IMG/VR virus record: IMGVR_UViG_2508501111_000003
Span: 1 to 64,000 of that record
Origin: a virus
Taxonomy: Duplodnaviria > Caudoviricetes
DNA: 64,000 nucleotides
Strand: one strand, 5' to 3'
Shown here: in pieces, positions 37,833-45,789 of the stretch
Layout of the letters: the number at the start of each line of letters is the position of its first letter
Position numbering within the stretch: position 1 is the first letter of the stretch
Translations under genes and position numbers: made by a program
Notes under the pieces: model-generated
What the model saw: only the letters and a program-made list of their open reading frames with translations
Told to the model about the DNA's origin: nothing
Database searches by the model: none

Positions 37833-40610
37833 ATGCAACCTCTTGAGTTTGTGCGAAAATGGCGAGGTATTCAGGTCAACGAACGACGTGCATATTATGA
37901 GCATTTTACCGACCTCTGTTCTTTAGTTGGTGCTAAAACCCCGCTTGAGGAAGATCCCACAGGAACATTTTATACCTTTGAGGCCGGTGTTACAAAACTC
38001 AATGGTGGAAAAGGATGGGCTGATGTTTGGAAAAAAGGGTACTTTGCAATTGAATATAAAGGCAAGCATGGGAATCTTAACCGCGCTTATGATCAACTTC
38101 TCCAATATCGTGAGGCTCTATTAAATCCTCCACTCCTAATCGTCTCCGATCTTGACAGTCTCGTTATTCATACAAACTTTACCAATACAGTCAAAAAGGT
38201 AACAACACTTACTTTAGATGAAACATTAACAAGAAATGGCCTTGATACAATTCGAAGTATTTTTTATGCTCCTGATACCTTTCGATCTCCAGTCACACCA
38301 GAGCGGGTAACCGAAGAAGTTGCTGCAAAGTTCGCCCGCTTAGCCCAGCTTATTACCCGCTATGAAAAACACACTTCTCCGCAAGAAATTGCACATTTTT
38401 TAACACGATTATTATTTTGTTTATTTGCAGAAGATGTCAATTTACTTCCAAAGGATATCTTCTCTCGTTTAGTGACTCAAACACGTGGGAAATCCTCTGC
38501 GTTTGCAGCCCAACTCAGCCAGCTTTTCAATGTCATGACTACAGGAGGATGGTTCGGCATTGAGGAGATACGGCATTTTAACGGGTCGCTCTTTGATAAT
38601 GCAACGGTTTTACCCATGGATAGTGAAGCACTTGATATTCTAGTGGATATCTGCTCCTATGATTGGTCATCGATTGAACCAGCAATTTTTGGAACTCTGT
38701 TTGAACGTTCACTCGATCCGGCGAAACGGAAGCAACTGGGTGCACACTATACCAGTAAAGATGATATTTTACTGTTAGTCGAACCAGTTGTTATTCAACC
38801 TTTAAGGGAAGAATGGAGTAAGCAAGAACAGGTTATCGAGGGATTAGTTACCCAGCGTAATGAAACAGTGGGTAATGATGTAACCAAAATTAATCGGCAA
38901 ATTGAATTCCATATCAATACCTTCTTGCATAAACTGAGATCAATAAAAGTCCTTGATCCTGCCTGTGGAAGCGGCAATTTTCTCTATATCGCATTAAAAT
39001 TGTTGCTCGATTTGGAAAAGGATGTTATTCGTTTTGGTGCTGATGCAGGCTTGCCGTTACAAATCCCACAGGTCAATCCAGAGCAATTTCTTGGGATGGA
39101 AGTTAATGCTTATGCTCATGAGTTAGCTCAAATTACGATTTGGATTGGCTATATTCAGTGGATGAAAGAAAATGGATTCGGAAATTTATCGGAACCTATC
39201 TTGAAGTCCCTCAAAACAATTCATCGTATGGATGCGATTTTAGCTTTTGATGCTGACGGGAATAGCATTGAGCCTGCCTGGCCTCAGGCGGATTACATTA
39301 TTGGGAATCCACCGTTTTTGGGTGGCAATAAGATTCGGCAAGAGCTGGGTGATGGCTATGTTGACGCATTGTTTAGCCGTTATGCGGATCGTGTTCCTGC
39401 ATTTGCTGATCTGGTGTGTTACTGGTTTGAAAAGGCTCGCGCAATGATTGGCAGTGACATAACTCGACGAGCTGGTTTTATTGCAACCAATTCAATTCGG
39501 GGTGGGTCGAATCGAAAAGTTTTAGAGCGTATCAAAACGTCTGGTGATATTTTTATGGGTTGGTCAGATCGCCCGTGGATTCTTAATGGAGCGGCAGTAC
39601 GGGTGTCAATGGTGGGATTCGATAAAGGCGAAGAAATAATACATAGTTTGAATGGGATGATAGTTCAATCCATTAATGCAAACCTAACCCAAGACATTGA
39701 TACAACTAAGGCTTTAATCCTTCCTGAAAATAAAAATATTATTTTTGGAGGAACAAAGAAAGGTGGAAAATTTGATATTACACAAGGTATATATGATGTA
39801 TTGATGCAGAGTCAAAATAATCCCCATGGCCGTCCCAATAGCGATGTAATTAAGCCATGGGTCAATGGACAAGCGTTATTAGGAAAGGGAGAAAAACGAT
39901 GGGTTATTGATTTTGGCGTAGATATGTCTCTGGAGGATGCAAGTCAGTATGAAAAAATATTTGAGTATATCAAAAAAGAAGTTTATCCTATTCGTATAAA
40001 TAATAGGATGGAGAGCAGAAGCAAGCATTGGTGGCTTCATTCTTTTACAGCCCCATCAATGCGGCATGCAGTCGCCACTATCTCAAGATATATCGCTACG
40101 CCTCGGGTATCAAAATACCGACTTTTTGTATGGGTTGATAGCAACACAATCCCAGATGATGGGACATATATTGTTGCCCGCGACGATGACTATTTTATGG
40201 GTGTGTTGCATTCAAAAATCCATGAGTTATGGGCATTGCGGCAAGGAACATTTCTTGGGGTTGGAAACGATCCACGCTATACCCCAACCTCAACCTTTGA
40301 AACCTTTCCCTTCCCATGGCCACCAGCGAAGGAACCCAAGGATTCACCGCTGGTTAACGCCATTGCCGAGGCAGCAAAAGAGTTAGTTGAGAAGCGGGAT
40401 CGGTGGCTGAATCCGGCTGGAGCAACCGAGGCCGATTTGAAAAAGCGCACGTTGACCAATCTCTATAACGAGCGGCCAACGTGGCTCGATTTGGCGCACA
40501 AAAAGCTGGACAAAGCGGTGTTTGCGGCCTATGGGTGGCCGGATACCTTGACCGATGATGAAATCCTTGGCCCTTTGCTGGTCCTCAATCACGATCGGGC
40601 GGCAGGCTAG
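37833..40610 (+). CDS. MmeI-like type IIL/IIG restriction-modification enzyme (N6-adenine MTase + nuclease + TRD)
   Basis: ADVWKKGYFAIEYK nuclease motif, LGAHYT, LDPACGSGNF, GNPPF. Confidence 0.88.
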   Translation: MQPLEFVRKWRGIQVNERRAYYEHFTDLCSLVGAKTPLEEDPTGTFYTFEAGVTKLNGGKGWADVWKKGYFAIEYKGKHGNLNRAYDQLLQYREALLNPPLLIVSDLDSLVIHTNFTNTVKKVTTLTLDETLTRNGLDTIRSIFYAPDTFRSPVTPERVTEEVAAKFARLAQLITRYEKHTSPQEIAHFLTRLLFCLFAEDVNLLPKDIFSRLVTQTRGKSSAFAAQLSQLFNVMTTGGWFGIEEIRHFNGSLFDNATVLPMDSEALDILVDICSYDWSSIEPAIFGTLFERSLDPAKRKQLGAHYTSKDDILLLVEPVVIQPLREEWSKQEQVIEGLVTQRNETVGNDVTKINRQIEFHINTFLHKLRSIKVLDPACGSGNFLYIALKLLLDLEKDVIRFGADAGLPLQIPQVNPEQFLGMEVNAYAHELAQITIWIGYIQWMKENGFGNLSEPILKSLKTIHRMDAILAFDADGNSIEPAWPQADYIIGNPPFLGGNKIRQELGDGYVDALFSRYADRVPAFADLVCYWFEKARAMIGSDITRRAGFIATNSIRGGSNRKVLERIKTSGDIFMGWSDRPWILNGAAVRVSMVGFDKGEEIIHSLNGMIVQSINANLTQDIDTTKALILPENKNIIFGGTKKGGKFDITQGIYDVLMQSQNNPHGRPNSDVIKPWVNGQALLGKGEKRWVIDFGVDMSLEDASQYEKIFEYIKKEVYPIRINNRMESRSKHWWLHSFTAPSMRHAVATISRYIATPRVSKYRLFVWVDSNTIPDDGTYIVARDDDYFMGVLHSKIHELWALRQGTFLGVGNDPRYTPTSTFETFPFPWPPAKEPKDSPLVNAIAEAAKELVEKRDRWLNPAGATEADLKKRTLTNLYNERPTWLDLAHKKLDKAVFAAYGWPDTLTDDEILGPLLVLNHDRAAG

Positions 40611-40724
40611 GCGGGGAATGGTGGGGGGCGTGCGCGTTTATCAAGCAGCACGCTCCGGCTTGGTAGCAGTGCGGGTTTTACTTTTGTCCACTATCCCTCA
40701 AGATGCTGGAATTTTATCGCTAAA

Positions 40725-40776
40725 ACACCACGACCCTGATTCGGGCTGTGCTATCAACCGACCAGGGTCGTGGTGT
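40725..40776. repeat. Hairpin family Y, copy 3 (loop CTGTGCTATCAA)
   Basis: ACACCACGACCCTG..loop..CAGGGTCGTGGTGT; T-run on minus strand. Confidence 0.75.
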
Positions 40777-40827
40777 GAATTGTCATTTTGCTCGTGAGCC
40801 TGCGCAGTATCCTACGAGCGATTGCAG

Positions 40828-40941
40828 TATATCATAGCGACTTTGGGGCTTACAAGAGCCGCCGATTGGCACTGTCAAGGCTGATCGGTGGCTTTCACCC
40901 AACTTGCGCTACGAGGGCGCACACGGTTGCTTAAGCAGCTT
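40828..40941 (-). other. Structured element X, copy 2
   Basis: Reverse complement aligns with 22132..22240. Confidence 0.75.
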
Positions 40942-40953
40942 GAGTGTCATAGG

Positions 40954-41904
40954 CTAGTCAACGAATTGGTTTTCGGATGTCTTACTCCGAATGATGCCTG
41001 CAAACAATAAGAGCGCTTCACGAAACTTGTCATGCTCGACTACAACGAGCTTGTGTAATCCGTCTAATGTGTGCGGTTGATTCGCGGATGTTGATATGGC
41101 TCCTATGGGTCGTGGCGATAACTCATGTATCAAGGCATTTCGCAATACTTTCAGTTCACTGGTCTTGCCTATATAAGCTATGCGTATCTTATTGAACGCG
41201 TCAAAAAAATAGCATTGGTTATCATTCCCTTTAATCTTTGTAGGGATACTTTCATCAAATAATGTTTTCCATTCACTATCTTTTTTAGGAGGTATCAGAC
41301 CAAAGTATGCGGGAAGCGCATATTTTGTAAGTCGCTCCCAGGATGATGTGATTCTTATAATACAGTTTTCTAGATACGTCCATGCTCGTAATATGCCAAT
41401 ATTAACTTGGCTCATACTGATTATATTTACATTGGCCCCTAATTTCTTTCTTCGGTTTTTATACCTCTGCAAATCTGATAGATTCAAAAAATCATAAACA
41501 CCTATATCTACCCACTGATTAAATAATGTATCAATCTGGGTTTCTGGGTACAAAAATCGCCCAAATCCCTCAAGGTTACAATTGATAAGCATAAACTGGC
41601 TGTCTATTTCCAGAGCTATTCCAACGGTTTTAATACGGTTTTTCATTTCATCATCAAATACGTGCCATGCACTAGGCCAAGACTTTTGGTATGTTATTGA
41701 TTTGCGGATAACCTTATTGTTGCCATCGAGCTTGGCCGGAAGCCCATAAAGATAGAGGGCATGGAGGTTTCTTAAATTTGCACGAATGCTCTCTGGTATG
41801 TCGATCACTGACTCTTCTTGTTTATGAGTTTCATGAGAGGTTTTCGTCCATCGTACTCCTATACCCATTACGGATTCATTTTCGTTGATATTGAGATCTT
41901 CCAT
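40954..41904 (-). CDS. Putative HEPN-domain protein (Cthe_2314-like)
   Basis: LENCIIRITSSWERL helix and R-x4-H motif RNALIH. Confidence 0.6.
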   Translation of the reverse strand: MEDLNINENESVMGIGVRWTKTSHETHKQEESVIDIPESIRANLRNLHALYLYGLPAKLDGNNKVIRKSITYQKSWPSAWHVFDDEMKNRIKTVGIALEIDSQFMLINCNLEGFGRFLYPETQIDTLFNQWVDIGVYDFLNLSDLQRYKNRRKKLGANVNIISMSQVNIGILRAWTYLENCIIRITSSWERLTKYALPAYFGLIPPKKDSEWKTLFDESIPTKIKGNDNQCYFFDAFNKIRIAYIGKTSELKVLRNALIHELSPRPIGAISTSANQPHTLDGLHKLVVVEHDKFREALLLFAGIIRSKTSENQFVD

Positions 41905-42086
41905 GATGCCCTCCCAGCATTATCCTGTCAGAACAACAATGCGGCGTTAATGATAAATATATGACATCTTCGCTTGACCTACTAGGCTGCATGAACCAAT
42001 ACATGCCGTTTAATACTCTATTAAGAGTGTTGGTACACTCAAATGGCCGCTAGGCCGCTCTGGCAGTGGTGCGAGGGGTGTTTGTG

Positions 42087-42141
42087 GTAGTGCAGTCGTA
42101 GTGAAGCTGTAGTGCAATGGTAGTGAAACGGTAGTGCAGTG
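42087..42141. repeat. Five tandem 11-bp repeats (iteron-like)
   Basis: GTAGTGCAGTC GTAGTGAAGCT GTAGTGCAATG GTAGTGAAACG GTAGTGCAGTG. Confidence 0.85.
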
Positions 42142-42210
42142 CGATTGAGGGATTGACCAAACGGCTGTGGCATGATTGAATTGTGGGGAAACATTTTGTT
42201 GGGGGTGGCT

Positions 42211-42540
42211 ATGACAAGGTACGAGCAACCTTTATTCCAGCTTCGAGACGGGGTAGGCCGTTTATGCTCTAGTGGTTCACTAGATGAGCGACTGGACGGT
42301 GCTTACGGGCATTTTGCCGCAACGTCCCTTTTCTTTACTGCAATAGATGATACAGCAATCGACACATTAGTTGCGGTGCGCGATGTCTATTCCCGTTTAG
42401 TGGAAGCATTTGCTGTTCATGGCGGGCGAGGTGGGTCTGACCATGAATCTATAAAAGGCGATTTAACACCAGCAGGTTTTGATACAATCGCGCAGTTATA
42501 TCTAACTCTTTATGATACACTACGAGGCCAAGACCTCTAA
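42211..42540 (+). CDS. Conserved ~100-aa hypothetical protein (paralogue of 18967..19269)
   Basis: MTRYEQ..L..G+..LC...RL.GAY pattern shared. Confidence 0.75.
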   Translation: MTRYEQPLFQLRDGVGRLCSSGSLDERLDGAYGHFAATSLFFTAIDDTAIDTLVAVRDVYSRLVEAFAVHGGRGGSDHESIKGDLTPAGFDTIAQLYLTLYDTLRGQDL

Positions 42541-42602
42541 ACGACAAAACGACGGTCGCCGGAGCGCACACGCCGTTTTGTGGAAGCATCACTTCATATC
42601 AA

Positions 42603-42631
42603 GGAGTACTTGGTACTACCCCAAGTGCTCC
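42603..42631 (-). terminator. Hairpin after tail gene
   Basis: GGAGTACTTGG-TACTACC-CCAAGTGCTCC. Confidence 0.65.
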
Positions 42632-42639
42632 CTTCTTTA

Positions 42640-44319
42640 TTAGCCCTGCGCCAGCCAGAGATCGAGTTGCTTGATCGGTGCTTCGGGCGTAACACTCACC
42701 TCACCTGTCACGAGATTAACCGAGGTTTCCGCCAGTGTATAACTGCGTTTGTTGATCGCACCGGATAAATCGCCGATGGTGATCACGTCGCCCCGACTGA
42801 GCAGGTCAAGCGGCTCTCTTACGTTGTACTCATTGCGCACGGCGCGGACACCCAAGCTGGCGCGAACGGTCGGTGCAGCATCGGTTAGGGCTACACTGCG
42901 CAACGTGGCCGCTTCGGTCGCGTCGGTGGTTTCGCTGGCAATGGTGCGCTGGCGGACAATGCCTAAGGCATAGCGCTCGCTGGCGTTTTCCGCAAACGCG
43001 GTATAGAGTGGCTGGTTACTCGCGTTTTTGTAGGCAAAACGTACCTGATTGGTTGCCTCGCCCAGTGCTTTCTCTAACTCAATCGAGCCATCGACCAAGG
43101 CGAAGGTGCGGCCCACTTCTTTAGGGCCAAAGTACAGATATTGGGCATCGTCAACATAGGTGACATACTGCGCCTGATCAGCCAACTCCTGCACCACGCT
43201 TAAGCCCGATGCAGCCGACCATACGGCTTCCAAACAATCGCGACTACTCTTGCTGATCCGCGCACTGCTCTGCTTGATCCCGCTACCCGGGTTGGTTGTG
43301 AGGTTGCGGCTTAAGACATCCTCCACAATCTCTTTGTCCGTGACCACAATCCCGCGCACCGTGCTGCCCAGAACGTGGGTCTTGGTGAAGGCGGCTTGGA
43401 ATTGGGTCGCGGTGACGGCCAAGACTACGACGCTCTCACTATTCGCGCCGCCGCTTTCGATGGTCAGGCGTTGGCCAACCGCGATATTGGCGGTACTCGC
43501 CACGGTCACAAAGGCTGTGCCGATGGCAATCGCGCCGCTGGTCGTGGTGTTCACCATATTGGTGGTGACGGTGGCCACGCGGAGGTTGCTGATCTTCAGG
43601 TAATCATCGCCTGTTTCGCCAATATAGGTTGCCAGCGCCGCGTTGTAATACATCGCAACACTAACCAAGGGCCGCGCCGCGAAGGTGAAGCACATGGAGC
43701 CAGTTTGGGCCGTGCCGTTGCCGAGGGCAATCGTGGTGGCTCCGGTTTGGCTGCTGTAGTCGCGCTCGGCAGCGAGGAAGGTCGCCAGCCAATTGGTTGG
43801 GCCTTTGAACCGCCAATCGAACTGAATCACCTGAAAGCCGGTAGTGTTCAGATTCGCCGGAATGAACATGGATTGACGGCCAATCCCCTTGGCGTTCGAG
43901 AATTGTTCGTTTTTGCGCGGAGACAGGCTGATCGTGCTATCGTCGTGGCGCATCTCCCAGCGCTCGGGCGTGGACGAGGCGGTTTCTACGGGCAACCAGC
44001 CATCGAGCTTGGTGACTGACCACCAGCCATCGTACTCCAAGTCATCGAGCGTGACGATCAGATTGTGGCATTCAATCGCCAAGCCCTGATCAATCAAGCG
44101 CAGGGTTACGGTGCGATAGCGCAAAACCTTGCCATCGTTGCGTTGCACCACAGCGGTCAATAATCGCGCTTGGGCATACAGCGTTTTGGCGATGAACGGC
44201 GCAAGGCGCACACTGGCGGTTAGGCCATTGGTGCTCAAGGTTGCGTCCGTGACCTGGCGATCAAACCGTGCCAGTTGCACATTGGTGAAGGGATCATAAA
44301 GCGAAATCGCGTACTGCAT
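42640..44319 (-). CDS. Putative tail tip/Tal-like protein (559 aa)
   Basis: Last gene of virion operon. Confidence 0.65.
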   Translation of the reverse strand: MQYAISLYDPFTNVQLARFDRQVTDATLSTNGLTASVRLAPFIAKTLYAQARLLTAVVQRNDGKVLRYRTVTLRLIDQGLAIECHNLIVTLDDLEYDGWWSVTKLDGWLPVETASSTPERWEMRHDDSTISLSPRKNEQFSNAKGIGRQSMFIPANLNTTGFQVIQFDWRFKGPTNWLATFLAAERDYSSQTGATTIALGNGTAQTGSMCFTFAARPLVSVAMYYNAALATYIGETGDDYLKISNLRVATVTTNMVNTTTSGAIAIGTAFVTVASTANIAVGQRLTIESGGANSESVVVLAVTATQFQAAFTKTHVLGSTVRGIVVTDKEIVEDVLSRNLTTNPGSGIKQSSARISKSSRDCLEAVWSAASGLSVVQELADQAQYVTYVDDAQYLYFGPKEVGRTFALVDGSIELEKALGEATNQVRFAYKNASNQPLYTAFAENASERYALGIVRQRTIASETTDATEAATLRSVALTDAAPTVRASLGVRAVRNEYNVREPLDLLSRGDVITIGDLSGAINKRSYTLAETSVNLVTGEVSVTPEAPIKQLDLWLAQG

Positions 44320-44328
44320 TGACCCCTC

Positions 44329-45705
44329 CTACAGTGGAATAATCGCGCCGTTGAGGCGTGATGCTTGGACGGTCATGGTGCGAGCACTGGCGGCATTTTC
44401 GGTGGTGGCACTCCAGGCATTGCCATTGACCGCAAACAAATTGACATCCAGCTGGAGATCCTTCGTCAATGCCAAGGGATTGCTATCGGTGGGCACGGCT
44501 TGGGTCACGCCTGCGCTGGTGTAGGTCAAACTGGCATCGGGATTGCTCAGATAGCGGGCATCGACGGTGATCGTGGTGGTCGTGCTCGGGAGCGGCAGCG
44601 ATGCGAACGGAATCACACTCCAGCCGCCTGCATCGGCGGCAATCGTCAGGATGGCGTTGATGTAGATCGCTCCAGCGTTGGTCAGATTGGTCAGCTTGAG
44701 TTGATGACCCGTGATTAAGTAGGGTGCGCTGGTTTGGCCAAGCGGGACAATGATCGGCGTGGCACTATCGACGAGGGTCGCACGGCCTTCGATCAACGCG
44801 CCATTGCTCCGCACGACAGGCGTAATGAGGAATGGTGCGGTGGTTTTGAGCATCGCCCATTGAATCACCGAGCGGCTATTGAGCGGCCCAATATCCGTCA
44901 AGACCCCGTTCGGTGAATAGGATGGCGTGACGCTGGGAAAGTTGTAGAAACAGACCAGATTATCAGTGGCATAGACTCCTGATGCCTGAATTTGGCGTGA
45001 CCAGCCAAAGACACTGGGACTGGGCGCAAACAACCACGCCGCCGATTTGACCATTTTGCCACGTGGCGCGACGGCAATCAATCCACTAATGGTTGCGCCG
45101 TTGGTCGCTGCGGCCACGTTCAGGGTGAGGTTGGTGGGGCTTTCCAGCGGGGCTGCGCTGCCGCTGAAATTCGGCTGATGAATAGTGGCAATATTGGCAC
45201 TGGCGCTGGTGCTGCTGCTCACACTACTGGCGGCGCAACGCAGCGGACGACAGAGAAAGGTGACAGGCACATTCAGAATCCACCAAACATCATTGTCTTG
45301 GATCAAGGTGGGCGATGTGCCAACCATGGGCGTATCGCCTGCGCGGCCCATCACCAGCATATCGCTATGGACGGTGGTATCACTGGGCTTGGTACGCCAC
45401 ACGACTGCGCTACTATAGCCTTCTTCATAGAAACGCTCAGCATCATCGAGCAAGACCATCAGCGCGTGATAGGCGGCCCACGCCTGATCTTCATTGGTTC
45501 CGCCGAAGATGTTCACGGCAAACGATTGCACGCTCGGCTGAAACTGTTCGCCATTGGAGATCAGACGGCGGTCACGCTGCGGCACTTGCGGCTGCCATGA
45601 GCCATCGACGAGCCAATAACAGGTGGTTCCTTCGGTTGGGTTTACGCCAGCAGGCATGAAATCAATCACGACGCTGCCATTGCGCAAGAGTTGCATGGTT
45701 GTCAT
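44329..45705 (-). CDS. Putative distal tail protein (458 aa)
   Basis: Follows tape measure; start 45705 by SD and paralogue. Confidence 0.65.
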   Translation of the reverse strand: MTTMQLLRNGSVVIDFMPAGVNPTEGTTCYWLVDGSWQPQVPQRDRRLISNGEQFQPSVQSFAVNIFGGTNEDQAWAAYHALMVLLDDAERFYEEGYSSAVVWRTKPSDTTVHSDMLVMGRAGDTPMVGTSPTLIQDNDVWWILNVPVTFLCRPLRCAASSVSSSTSASANIATIHQPNFSGSAAPLESPTNLTLNVAAATNGATISGLIAVAPRGKMVKSAAWLFAPSPSVFGWSRQIQASGVYATDNLVCFYNFPSVTPSYSPNGVLTDIGPLNSRSVIQWAMLKTTAPFLITPVVRSNGALIEGRATLVDSATPIIVPLGQTSAPYLITGHQLKLTNLTNAGAIYINAILTIAADAGGWSVIPFASLPLPSTTTTITVDARYLSNPDASLTYTSAGVTQAVPTDSNPLALTKDLQLDVNLFAVNGNAWSATTENAASARTMTVQASRLNGAIIPL

Positions 45706-45789
45706 AAATCCGCCCTCCTTTGGGCGGGGGTTTGGTTGGGTTAATGGTCGTGTGTGCAGGGTTGTTTCAGCCCTGCACACGGTCAATCG

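Noticed and set aside
42087-42141. Mini CRISPR array
   Set aside because: 11-bp units with no spacers.
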